DNA of 20,000 nt. Origin: an uncultured virus (IMG/VR IMGVR_UViG_3300030061_001589). Lineage: Duplodnaviria > Heunggongvirae > Uroviricota > Caudoviricetes. Below, piece after piece: positions 1-14,391 of the stretch; within the stretch, counting starts at the first letter, position 1; each line of letters starts with the position of its first letter. The stretch lies in IMG/VR virus record IMGVR_UViG_3300030061_001589. The stretch is one strand, 5' to 3'. The notes below the pieces were generated by a model. The model saw only the letters and a program-made list of their open reading frames with translations, searched no databases and had not been told where the DNA came from. The position numbers and the translations under genes are program-made.

Positions 1-161
1 AACTCGCTACCATTAAGTGCGCCGGCTAAAAGAAAAGGTGAACCCATTAAAGAATTAGTTGCCGTACAAGCATTATTATAATTACCGCTAGAGCCTGTCG
101 CTACACTCAAAAGAGCAGAACTCCCTATTTGAGAACAAATACCTATTATTGTTGGATAAAT
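1..161 (-). CDS. 5' part of a hypothetical virion/tail-associated protein that runs off the window edge; not in the ORF track
   Basis: Open frame immediately after the fibre stop (IYPTIIGICSQIGSSALLSVATGSSGNYNNACTATNSLMGSPFLLAGALNGSE...). It is preceded by a GGTGA RBS at 170-166. An in-frame TAG at 173-171 bounds it, so the start would be ATT (161 or 164) or a later TTG/ATG. Confidence 0.55.
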   Translation of the reverse strand, partial: MYPTIIGICSQIGSSALLSVATGSSGNYNNACTATNSLMGSPFLLAGALNGSE

Positions 162-165
162 AATA

Positions 166-6072
<5,907 letters not shown>

Positions 6073-6100
6073 ATACTTTCCCTCTTTTATTGTTTAATAA

Positions 6101-7432
6101 TTATATCACTAATGCGCCCATGATAATGATACCACTATCATTATTACTTACAACTAAGTCGCCTATATCAAGTGTTCCACCGCCACCGCTTTCTCCACCT
6201 GTGTTAGTAGCCCAAACAGGACTACCGCTATTTATAGTAAGCACCGTTCCTTCTGAACCTGCGGCTAAGATTGTCATATCATCGTGTCCCTGCCCCACTA
6301 ATATTGCATCTTTAGTAATAAACTCTCTTCCTGTACCCCCCTCTACGACAGAAGTTGAGGGCGGTGTGTTTCTACTGCGGTAAATACCATCAGATACTTG
6401 AGAAAAGTTCCAATCTCCTTTTACCGTAGGTCTTTTTACGGTGTGTATATCAGCACTTTGTTTTGATTGTGAATAAGGACCGTATAATGTACCATCAGTT
6501 TCTATGACTAATTCATTACACGTTAGTGTACGACCATCAGATATAATCCAATCGTGTGTAGATGCCTCAATAACTACTTTGTTATATTTGACGTTAAACA
6601 TTTTTAGTGTAGAATTACCGTAGGTTGTATCTCCATTTACAGGTAAAACTTGATTACTAGAAGTAGCGGTATAGTGTACAGTAGTATTACCCCAATTATA
6701 TTCTTCATGTGCTATGCTAATAGTGCCTTGTAATTTAAATATTTTTGACAAATCATCTATATCAATTGTTTGAGGTCTTACTCTTACGGTAGAAGGAACA
6801 ACAAAATTACCAATATCTACAGAACCGTATGTATTCCACACCGCACCTGTTCTTGTATATATGTGTTCAGGGCTAAATGTAGCAATACCGGATGCGGTAG
6901 CCAATGTAATTTTAGGGTATTTACCGTCTGTTAAAGTCAATATACCTGCGGCGGGTAATGTAAATGTTATTATACTATCAGAATCCGGCTCTCCGTTTGT
7001 ACCCGCCCATATACTTGTGTTTGCTTCGTACTGTATGTAAAGTCTATTATTTGTTTGAGTTGCGGCACTATCGCCTATTGGAAAAGGTGGTGTACCTGTA
7101 AAAATCCATGTAGTACCTGTGTTATCTTTTATACAATTCGCTACTTGAATTATTAACCCTGCTTCAAAATATAAAGTAGAGCCACTACAATTAAAAATCC
7201 TACTACCCGTAAATGTAGAATCTATTGTGACAAGATTTAGATAACGTGTATTAGCACCAAAGTTTATTCCTTGTTGGGCTACTGATGTAAAGTAAAGTGC
7301 ATCGTCATTTCCTGTTTGTAGCCAATCAGCCGGAAGGCTGCTTGCTAGTGAAGAACCGTTTGAAGTTGTAGACCAATTATTAGCAACCATAGGGTCAGTA
7401 GATGCCGCACCAACCCACCAATAATTTGTCAT
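6101..7432 (-). CDS. Virion structural protein, beta-rich (tail spike/fibre-like)
   Basis: 443 aa, T/S/G/N rich. N-terminal 'YWWVG...NNWS' beta-helix-cap-like motif. C-terminal 'GGTG..ILVGQG..LAAGSEGTVLTINSGSPVW' is typical of phage fibre shaft segments. Lies between adaptor and collagen fibre; GAGGG RBS. Confidence 0.55.
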   Translation of the reverse strand: MTNYWWVGAASTDPMVANNWSTTSNGSSLASSLPADWLQTGNDDALYFTSVAQQGINFGANTRYLNLVTIDSTFTGSRIFNCSGSTLYFEAGLIIQVANCIKDNTGTTWIFTGTPPFPIGDSAATQTNNRLYIQYEANTSIWAGTNGEPDSDSIITFTLPAAGILTLTDGKYPKITLATASGIATFSPEHIYTRTGAVWNTYGSVDIGNFVVPSTVRVRPQTIDIDDLSKIFKLQGTISIAHEEYNWGNTTVHYTATSSNQVLPVNGDTTYGNSTLKMFNVKYNKVVIEASTHDWIISDGRTLTCNELVIETDGTLYGPYSQSKQSADIHTVKRPTVKGDWNFSQVSDGIYRSRNTPPSTSVVEGGTGREFITKDAILVGQGHDDMTILAAGSEGTVLTINSGSPVWATNTGGESGGGGTLDIGDLVVSNNDSGIIIMGALVI

Positions 7433-7444
7433 ATTTTACCCTCT

Positions 7445-7879
7445 TTAATCTTGATAAAGAGAGCCGGACAATTGCGAGCCGGTTGTTGTTCCTCCGACTC
7501 TTGATGCTGTTGTTCCCGATTTAAACGCACTACCACCCTTCTCTTCTATCGCTGCTAAAGCGTCTTGTGCTGATTTCTCAAAAGACGCTAATTGTTTATT
7601 GTATCGAATGTCAGATGTACCTTGTTCTTTTTGTGGGAATACAGCAGGTATAGTATCTATTAATACTCTTAGACAATCTACACAAACTAAAAACTTTACT
7701 GCACTTTCTTTTAAGGTATCAGTAGGTGCGCCTGTAGTATCTACACCAAAGTATTCTGCTACTCTTGCTTTTTTGTTTACTTCTGCTGTACGAATGGTAA
7801 TATATTCTGTGATTGTACCATTGTTTAGACCTCTAGGTCTATTAAGTAAATCTCTAATATTATCCGTTGTGACTGCCAT
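7445..7879 (-). CDS. Putative head-tail adaptor/connector (HK97 gp6/SPP1 gp15-like)
   Basis: ~144-aa helical protein starting 'MAVTTDNIRDLL' with a later 'LKESAVKFLV' helix, downstream of the MCP. ATG at 7879 (GGAGAGG RBS) is preferred over TTG at 7885. Confidence 0.5.
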   Translation of the reverse strand: MAVTTDNIRDLLNRPRGLNNGTITEYITIRTAEVNKKARVAEYFGVDTTGAPTDTLKESAVKFLVCVDCLRVLIDTIPAVFPQKEQGTSDIRYNKQLASFEKSAQDALAAIEEKGGSAFKSGTTASRVGGTTTGSQLSGSLYQD

Positions 7880-8252
7880 CTCCAAACCTCTCCCTGTAAT
7901 CTAACGGTACGTCAAGCACTATATTGTTTGATGAAGGTTTGGTTGCTCGGCCTAGTACTACTACAAGTTTAGTAGCAATAATTTTTTGAACCATTTCGCT
8001 ATTTGGAATCCAATAAGGTTTCTTTGCATTTCTACTTAACAAAGACATAGGGTGATTAGCGTATCTTCTACCACCGTTCTTATGCGCCCTTATTAACCAT
8101 CCCGGTCCGGGCAAATAATTATCTAATCTAAATTGCATATCCTCTATATTACCACTTTCGGGCAAAGGAATACCTGCTTCTTTCAATGCAGATGCAAGTT
8201 TAGCCTTAGAAGGTTTCTTTGGCTTCGCCTTAGCGACTTTTTTATCACTCAT
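7860..8252 (-). CDS. Basic hypothetical protein with N-terminal HeH/SAP/Rho-N-like helix-extension-helix
   Basis: 'SKAKLASALKEAGIPLPESGNIEDMQFRL' fits the HeH pattern often found just after phage MCP genes. AGGTGA RBS. Confidence 0.5.
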   Translation of the reverse strand: MSDKKVAKAKPKKPSKAKLASALKEAGIPLPESGNIEDMQFRLDNYLPGPGWLIRAHKNGGRRYANHPMSLLSRNAKKPYWIPNSEMVQKIIATKLVVVLGRATKPSSNNIVLDVPLDYRERFGDGSHNG

Positions 8253-8269
8253 TCATTCACCTTTTAATC

Positions 8270-8686
8270 TCAAGGGTTAGAATATCCAAGTACGAATACA
8301 TGGACTGCCGGTGCTGTATCATCAGATGATGTAGATGTGACTTTAAGAGTACCACCTGCACTAATCTTGTAGTAGGAATCATCTATTTCTCCACACCTTA
8401 CAACATCTTTGTCACCTGCTGTTCCTGTGACAAAAGCATCAGTAATAGCGTCAGTACCGTTAAGCAATTGTAGACTGTTAGCGTTTGCGCCGCCATCTGC
8501 TAAAAGATGACACCACACATCAACAACTTCTAAGTTGCGGTCTACAGTTAGTGAAACGCTTTCTGTTGCGCCACCATCTACTGCTATTTTGTAAAGGATA
8601 GGTATAGACCCACCTGTTCCACCATTAGAGACTTGCTTTGTGTTAAGCCCTGTCATTAGGTTTTGGAGTTTACGGTTAATAGGCAT
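8270..8686 (-). CDS. Hypothetical virion protein (possible capsid decoration protein)
   Basis: 138 aa with a beta-strand pattern, directly downstream of the MCP. GGGGG RBS. Confidence 0.5.
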   Translation of the reverse strand: MPINRKLQNLMTGLNTKQVSNGGTGGSIPILYKIAVDGGATESVSLTVDRNLEVVDVWCHLLADGGANANSLQLLNGTDAITDAFVTGTAGDKDVVRCGEIDDSYYKISAGGTLKVTSTSSDDTAPAVHVFVLGYSNP

Positions 8687-8700
8687 TTATTTTAGCCCCC

Positions 8701-9612
8701 TTAAGCCCTTACGCCTGTAATCTTACAGATTCGGTTGTTCTTACCTGCTGCTGCACCATCCTGCATTTCGTGGATAACGCTACCCATGTAAGATGTTAAT
8801 AGCCAATCAAAACCGACTCCCGGTAGACGTGTTAATTCTGTCTCTTGGAATCCCGGTCCGTTGTATGTGAAAAACTCGGCTGTTTCTGCGCCCGGTATAA
8901 GTAGTAGACCATCGTTTACCAATGCGCTACTTGCCCCGAAATCTCTTGTGTAGTAAATTGTTAGGTTTGCGATTCTACCCAAGTGTTGTTGTAGAGACTC
9001 GACTACGTTTCCGTATAGAGTTGTGTTAAGCATAGCACTTCTCTTGTCAGCAGGTAATACTAGAGCCATTGGCTCATTACCGCTAACCTTTGCGTTAGCA
9101 AAGATTAAGTCCATAGCGTCTAGCAAGTCTTTTTCCTCGTCTGCTGATGCACTACCGAATGTTGATGTTGCTGCTTGTGATTGTCCATTACCCGCCATTA
9201 ACTTTGTTAGGATATGGTTGTCTATTAAGTCTGCACGACCTCTTACAACAGCCATTTGTTGCCTGTCAATGTTCTCAAAGGATTCGCCACGTAGTCTTAC
9301 TGCGTCTAGGAATGTGACTCTACCCTGTCCTTTCTCAAGTTTAACTGTGTAGTTTGCTGTTCCGATGTTTGTTGGGTCTGTTAGAGCAACGTCATCAATT
9401 GGATAAGCGAATGTACCTGTCACTCCGGTGTACCACTTAAACTCTAACCAAGGAACGGTTCTTACACCGACCAAATCAGTCGCTATTGCGATTGTATTAG
9501 ACTGTAATTGAATGAAATCTCTTAGAGTCTGTTCTAAAACCGCATCTCCTACTGAAAACGGGCCTGTTGCTGCTTCTACATTTAATATTTCTTCTAGTGT
9601 GTTATTTACCAT
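8701..9612 (-). CDS. Major capsid protein (HK97 fold)
   Basis: ~303 aa, following protease-scaffold and cement genes. Pattern 'ANYTVKLEKGQGRVTFLDAVRL...AVVRGRADLIDNHILTKLMAG' matches HK97 E-loop/spine helix organisation. The true start is probably ATG 9612, because the track's GTG at 9621 is part of the GAGGTGA RBS. Confidence 0.8.
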   Translation of the reverse strand: MVNNTLEEILNVEAATGPFSVGDAVLEQTLRDFIQLQSNTIAIATDLVGVRTVPWLEFKWYTGVTGTFAYPIDDVALTDPTNIGTANYTVKLEKGQGRVTFLDAVRLRGESFENIDRQQMAVVRGRADLIDNHILTKLMAGNGQSQAATSTFGSASADEEKDLLDAMDLIFANAKVSGNEPMALVLPADKRSAMLNTTLYGNVVESLQQHLGRIANLTIYYTRDFGASSALVNDGLLLIPGAETAEFFTYNGPGFQETELTRLPGVGFDWLLTSYMGSVIHEMQDGAAAGKNNRICKITGVRA

Positions 9613-9640
9613 TTTATTCACCTCAATTTATTTGCTATAT

Positions 9641-10054
9641 CTAACAAGATACAGGAATAAAGTCTCCCGATGCGATTGCACCTTCTCCACCAAAGTAGTA
9701 CCCTACGAATACTGCTGAATTGGTTGAGTCATCTACTGTGACCGTTCCGTTATCGGAAGCAGTCTGTGAAACATATACAGACATTCCAAACTTAGGTGCT
9801 GCTTTTGCTGCACCTGCTTTAAGATAGCAAATACCGTCAAGAGCAACTACTGAAACTGTTCCTGTACCTGCTGCTTCTAATGCTTGGTCTGCATCTCGGC
9901 TTGATTCAGCCATTGTGTATGCAATTGGTGTGTCTGTCACACTTGCTGTCATTAGTATTCCACCTGCACCGTACTTAACTAAAAGTCCTTTGCTTGCGAA
10001 AGTTTCTGCTATATCTACTACGTTTACCGGGTCGTTTCCTGAATATGCTACCAT
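9641..10054 (-). CDS. Putative capsid cement/decoration protein (lambda gpD/DUF2190-like)
   Basis: 137 aa, Gly/Ala/Val-rich, 'GTVSVVALDGICYLKAGAA..FGMSVYV', located between scaffold and MCP. Confidence 0.55.
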   Translation of the reverse strand: MVAYSGNDPVNVVDIAETFASKGLLVKYGAGGILMTASVTDTPIAYTMAESSRDADQALEAAGTGTVSVVALDGICYLKAGAAKAAPKFGMSVYVSQTASDNGTVTVDDSTNSAVFVGYYFGGEGAIASGDFIPVSC

Positions 10055-10055
10055 T

Positions 10056-11981
10056 TTATCTCATCTCCTTTATTGTGTCGTATGTTGGGGCAACCATTTG
10101 TGTGCCTTCTCCAACTGCGAGTGTTTTGTTCCATGCACCGGCCCAAGCGTTCCATGCTTTAGCGTATAGTGCTTCATCGTTTTCTACTACTCTACCATTT
10201 AGATAGTTAGAAACTTTGTGAGTTGATTCAGAAGCGATTGCTTCTTCGATAGGCTTCTCGACTGATTCAACAGGAGACATTTCTACTTCTGTTGGTGTCG
10301 GGTGTGCCTCATTCCATGAAGCAATTAGAGAAGTTAGTGTATCGGATGACAAATCTTCGTGTCCCGACATTCCTAATTCTGATGCCTCATCAACAAGAGT
10401 TTGACGTGATGCCTCTACTCTTGCTTCTTCTTTTGCCTCAAACTCGCCAACTCTTGAATTGGCTAAAACGAGGGAAGCCTTAAGTGCTTCAATTTCTGCT
10501 GCGTAATCTACTGTATTTTCTTCTTCGGTCATTATCTCACCTGTTTGTTGGTCTGTGTCAGTTTGTGAATGTCCTATAAAGGTTGCTTCTGCTGCCGTTG
10601 CTTCTATTTTTCGTATAGAATCTATTGTAGCCCTTTGATATGCGGGTTTATGTACAATAGCAAGGTGGTCGAACTTAAAATCTTCACCAAACAACATACC
10701 ATCTTCGGAAGCCTCGACAGGTACGCCGCTACCCCCAATTGACACTCCGTAGTTATCCCTAGACCATAGGCCGGACTCTAAAGCATCAAATAATTCTGTT
10801 CTTACAACGTGTGCTACATATCTAACTTCATAACCACCTGCTACGGTTTTATGGAATGATGCGCCTTTAATATATCCGACTACTGCTTCTTCTACGCCGC
10901 CATTCATATTTCTTGTAAAGCCACTACCATGTTCACTTGCTGCCGGATGATTTAATGTTAGGTCTGCACCTTTCATTTGTTCTGCTACTAACTTTGCACC
11001 TTCTTCTGTCAAAGCCCATTTGTTCTTATTCATACCTTCATGGAATGCTACGCCTCTTATTTCTATAACAGTTTCTCCGGTAGATGCTTCTACTATTGCT
11101 TCTACCTCATCGAAATCTAAATCTAGTGTGACAGAAACTTTTCTGCATTCACCATCTATCATTTCTTCACCATATCCACATTCCTTAGCATATTGCTTTT
11201 TCTTCATATAACCTGCTTCGTGGTCCTCTTCGTCATGTGCTTCATCTTGGTCTTTGAAAGTATGTCCTTCGTGTGCAGCCATACATTCTTCTTTAGAATA
11301 TCCTGCTTTTTGACACCTAGACATATATTCACCGTGTGTTTCAGAATCTTTAGGTGTAGGTTCTGCTGCTTGTTTCAAAGCCTTTTCCATTGAAGGTTCG
11401 GGGTCCTCTACATATGCAACACTCATACATTCACCATGAGATGCACATTTTTCTTGTGTCATACAAGAAGAACAAACGTCATATGCTGCTTCTGCCTTTT
11501 TCTTAATAGGAATACAGTTAGGTACTTTTCTACCATTTTTCATTTTCATACCGTATTGTTCATATCCCGCAGTACAAGGGTCATCGGCATCTTTAGCCTC
11601 GACTTCTTCATCATTACATCCACATCCACATGGTGTTCCATCTTCTGCTTCTACCTTTGTTCCGCCTCGCCATTGTCTACAAGACCAATACCTAGCCTTC
11701 CATTTTGGGCCGGGTGTTTTACAGTTATGTCTAGCACGAAACGATTTTCTTCTAGCGGGGTCATCTCTTTTGATTTCCATGTTAGGGTCGCCAAATCGTA
11801 CAATAACTACTGTGCCGCTACCATTTTTAGTATATACTGCAAACTTTTTAGGTCCACCCTTTGTTCTAAAGGGTTTATTGAGACTTACAGTACGGCCTTG
11901 ATACTCGGCTGCTGAAACATCTTCTTCATCCCATTCTTCGTATGCTACTACTTCGCCACTACAACCGCATCCGCACGACAT
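10056..11981 (-). CDS. Prohead maturation protease fused to a C-terminal scaffold, with a ~300-aa N-terminal multi-module extension
   Basis: Assemblin/HK97-type protease motifs 'IRGVAF', 'LTLNHP' (His), 'GVSIGG' (Ser) and 'DHLAIVHKPAY' at aa ~305-455. Acidic coiled coil follows (YAAEIEALKASL...). Located between portal and MCP. Confidence 0.8.
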   Translation of the reverse strand: MSCGCGCSGEVVAYEEWDEEDVSAAEYQGRTVSLNKPFRTKGGPKKFAVYTKNGSGTVVIVRFGDPNMEIKRDDPARRKSFRARHNCKTPGPKWKARYWSCRQWRGGTKVEAEDGTPCGCGCNDEEVEAKDADDPCTAGYEQYGMKMKNGRKVPNCIPIKKKAEAAYDVCSSCMTQEKCASHGECMSVAYVEDPEPSMEKALKQAAEPTPKDSETHGEYMSRCQKAGYSKEECMAAHEGHTFKDQDEAHDEEDHEAGYMKKKQYAKECGYGEEMIDGECRKVSVTLDLDFDEVEAIVEASTGETVIEIRGVAFHEGMNKNKWALTEEGAKLVAEQMKGADLTLNHPAASEHGSGFTRNMNGGVEEAVVGYIKGASFHKTVAGGYEVRYVAHVVRTELFDALESGLWSRDNYGVSIGGSGVPVEASEDGMLFGEDFKFDHLAIVHKPAYQRATIDSIRKIEATAAEATFIGHSQTDTDQQTGEIMTEEENTVDYAAEIEALKASLVLANSRVGEFEAKEEARVEASRQTLVDEASELGMSGHEDLSSDTLTSLIASWNEAHPTPTEVEMSPVESVEKPIEEAIASESTHKVSNYLNGRVVENDEALYAKAWNAWAGAWNKTLAVGEGTQMVAPTYDTIKEMR

Positions 11982-11999
11982 GATTTTTTAATTTAGGGT

Positions 12000-12010
12000 T
12001 TGTCTTATTA
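12000..12010 (-). promoter_or_regulatory. TATA-like promoter TAATAAGACAA for the protease/capsid operon (leaderless)
   Basis: Starts exactly 29 nt upstream of ATG 11981. No RBS in between. Matches the motif at 14402 and 14660. Confidence 0.6.
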
Positions 12011-12012
12011 AT

Positions 12013-12363
12013 CTATTCTAGTATGCCGGACTGTTTTAGACTTTCTATCAAATCTTTATACAAAGAATAATCAGATAAAGTACATATAGGCTCTATATGT
12101 GTATCACCTATACTATAATTAACGTATGATTTAGGACTTACATATACCTTAAAGTCCTCACTAACGTAAGTGTAGTTATCTTCTACTCTTATAATAATAT
12201 AAAATGGTTCTTTATCTACTATTTCTCCGGTAATACTACTACAAGAAATCATATTCGGGTCATAAAAAGGACTTGTTTCAAACGCAGGTGTAGCAAAAGG
12301 CACAAGAAAAACAGACATCATACATATAGCGATAAACTTTTCTATAACTTCGTCTTTATCCAT
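12013..12363 (-). CDS. Hypothetical membrane-anchored/secreted protein
   Basis: N-terminal hydrophobic segment (FIAICMMSVFLVPFA). ATG at 12363 overlaps the upstream TAA (TAATG coupling) and is preferred over GTG at 12372. Confidence 0.6.
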   Translation of the reverse strand: MDKDEVIEKFIAICMMSVFLVPFATPAFETSPFYDPNMISCSSITGEIVDKEPFYIIIRVEDNYTYVSEDFKVYVSPKSYVNYSIGDTHIEPICTLSDYSLYKDLIESLKQSGILE

Positions 12364-12443
12364 TAACCCCACTTTTCCGTATCAAGGGCCATAAAGGAAA
12401 TAGCAATAAATAATAAGATGCAACAAACTTCGTTAAGTGTCAT
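12363..12443 (-). CDS. 26-aa single-TM micropeptide MTLNEVCCILLFIAISFMALDTEKWG (not in ORF track)
   Basis: Fills the gap, is hydrophobic, and its stop overlaps the next ATG (TAATG). A promoter-like TCATAAAAC lies 28 nt upstream. Confidence 0.55.
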   Translation of the reverse strand: MTLNEVCCILLFIAISFMALDTEKWG

Positions 12444-12475
12444 AACACTAGGTCATCCTAGTGTTTTATGATTAT

Positions 12476-12982
12476 TTACTTTTTGCTGCCTTTAGTAATT
12501 TGAAATGCTTCCATATCTAAAGTATGTTTTTGTTGCATGGCTTCCATATCCAAATCGTGTTGTAGTTTTAATTCTTCTAGTTTACGAGTATGGTTTTTAG
12601 ATGCGTTAGTAGATTCTACGTCAGCGTTTAGTCTGTCGGGTAATACTGCAATTTTAGCACTTTCTTTACCCTTAAATAAATCTAGTACACTTGTTATAAT
12701 AAGAAGTGCAGGACCACCTAATAGACCAATAACTGTAAGTTGTGAATCCGATATATCCCTTTGTTCTACAACGCTGTAATAAGAAGCAGCCGCAGCGATT
12801 ATAACCCACGCCATAACAACACCCATACCAAAAGTTAGCATAAGTGTTTCGTTGGGATTTGACATTTTTGGGCTACTCATGTCTTTTCGTTGTTCGGGGT
12901 GTCTTTTAAGTATTATTGCTGCAACAGCACCCAAAGCCGCTAAAACAAGGCTATACACCGCAAATTGTAATTCCGGTATCAT
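12476..12982 (-). CDS. Multi-pass membrane protein (about 3 TM helices) with charged C-terminal coiled coil; holin-like candidate
   Basis: Three hydrophobic stretches (aa ~6-25, 47-68, 83-103). ATGA overlap with the portal stop. Confidence 0.6.
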   Translation of the reverse strand: MIPELQFAVYSLVLAALGAVAAIILKRHPEQRKDMSSPKMSNPNETLMLTFGMGVVMAWVIIAAAASYYSVVEQRDISDSQLTVIGLLGGPALLIITSVLDLFKGKESAKIAVLPDRLNADVESTNASKNHTRKLEELKLQHDLDMEAMQQKHTLDMEAFQITKGSKK

Positions 12983-14373
12983 ATATCTTCCTCACTAGGT
13001 GCGCTTTCTTGTTCATTCTCTCTAGGTAAACTTCCTACATTTGCAGGTTGTTCGACCTCTTTTCTTTCATCACCTTCTTTGCCTATTTCCGGTAAGTTTA
13101 GAATATCAAGGGATTGATTAAGCGTAAGTAGGCCACCATCATAACCCATTGTGACTCTTTGCATAACATTTAGTGGAGACTCCATATCCATAGCGTCAAA
13201 CTTGATAGTAGGCAAATCTTGTCGTCTATATGTTATACCTAATAGGTCTAAGTGCATCATAAATAGTTGCATAGCCGATTCCGCTAGTATTTTGTGCATA
13301 CGGCTTATTGCTTGTACGGCCCAAAGGTTAGCATTGAATGTTGCTGCGAATGTAGAGCCACGTTCTTGACCTGCTGCTACTCTTGGTACTTGCAGAACGG
13401 CTGCAATATCGGCATTTATACTATCTAGGAAATCTGCACTATTAGGCATTGTATTACCTAAATCTACGTGGTGTAGATTAACGTAATGCGGTAATACAGG
13501 TATTTGGTCGCCCCTTAAACCGGAGAATAAACTAATTACCTCATCCATAATAAATGATAGTCTTTGTGATTGCTCAACAGGGTCTTGTATGTGTTCAATA
13601 GCAGATTTGTCTATTGTAATGTATTGTTTAGTCATAGCATCTTCTAAAGATATACGATTATTCATACTGTTGTATTTCATGCGTATTGCTTGTTTTAGTG
13701 CCGAGAAACGTGATGCACCCCATATACCATAAGTCTTTCTACCTTTGTTATCTGTAAACCAATTAGAACGGAAATCAACCTTTATGTGTAATATTTCTTT
13801 TGCGGAAATAGCAACTTCGTAAGGTGATGTTTCCCGCATAATATATGTTCTTGGGTTAATTATAGGGTTATCTTCGTCAGCAACGAAGTAAGAACCTACA
13901 CCGCCTCTTTCATCAACAATAGTTATTTGTTTGATAGGAAGGCTTTGTAGACCTGTGACTCCTATACCTTGTTTACCTACTATTTTGTTAATGTCATTAC
14001 CGTAAACCATCATATTACGCATAGAGTTAATCATAATGTCATCAAAGTCAAGAGTATCTTCTACAAGTGTCTGTATGGCGTTTCTTATCTGTGCATTTTT
14101 ACCTTTAGAATAATTTATTTCGTAATTATTAGCCGTAAGTGATACAGCACGAACCGCACCGTTCAATTCCGGGTCTAACTTCAACATAAGGTCATACAAA
14201 TCAAACTCATTGTCAAACTTACTGTCTTGTCTTAGTTTTTCTGTATCTCTAACAATATCCGGTATTCCTGCAATTGCTGAAAACTTTTCGTTAGTAGATA
14301 ACGCTATTCTCTTCGGTTCTACGGGTTTTTCTACACTTCCGGTTAATCTTTTCCACAAACTTCGCTCGGCCAT
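12979..14373 (-). CDS. Portal protein
   Basis: 464 aa, first gene of the head operon. Portal-like motifs: 'LYDLMLKLDPELNGAV', 'MMVYGND', 'EILHIK', 'YGIWGASRF', 'IAAVLQVP', 'GLLTLNQSLDILNLP'. Confidence 0.8.
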   Translation of the reverse strand: MAERSLWKRLTGSVEKPVEPKRIALSTNEKFSAIAGIPDIVRDTEKLRQDSKFDNEFDLYDLMLKLDPELNGAVRAVSLTANNYEINYSKGKNAQIRNAIQTLVEDTLDFDDIMINSMRNMMVYGNDINKIVGKQGIGVTGLQSLPIKQITIVDERGGVGSYFVADEDNPIINPRTYIMRETSPYEVAISAKEILHIKVDFRSNWFTDNKGRKTYGIWGASRFSALKQAIRMKYNSMNNRISLEDAMTKQYITIDKSAIEHIQDPVEQSQRLSFIMDEVISLFSGLRGDQIPVLPHYVNLHHVDLGNTMPNSADFLDSINADIAAVLQVPRVAAGQERGSTFAATFNANLWAVQAISRMHKILAESAMQLFMMHLDLLGITYRRQDLPTIKFDAMDMESPLNVMQRVTMGYDGGLLTLNQSLDILNLPEIGKEGDERKEVEQPANVGSLPRENEQESAPSEEDI

Positions 14374-14391
14374 ATAATTACGAGGATTAGG

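Noticed and set aside
9..18. ACCATTAAGT also occurring at the 18179 promoter
   Set aside because: The 10-bp match lies inside a minus-strand coding frame and is consistent with chance in AT-rich DNA.
8686..8703. Possible stop read-through or frameshift fusing the MCP to the next protein
   Set aside because: The MCP TAA is followed by a second in-frame TAA, the next gene is in another frame with its own RBS, and no slippery heptamer is evident.
7599..13369. Plus-strand ORFs opposite head genes (7599, 9023, 9512, 9915, 9994, 10292, 11020, 11193, 11436, 12537, 13151)
   Set aside because: They are antisense to well-supported, tightly packed genes and have no recognisable motifs.
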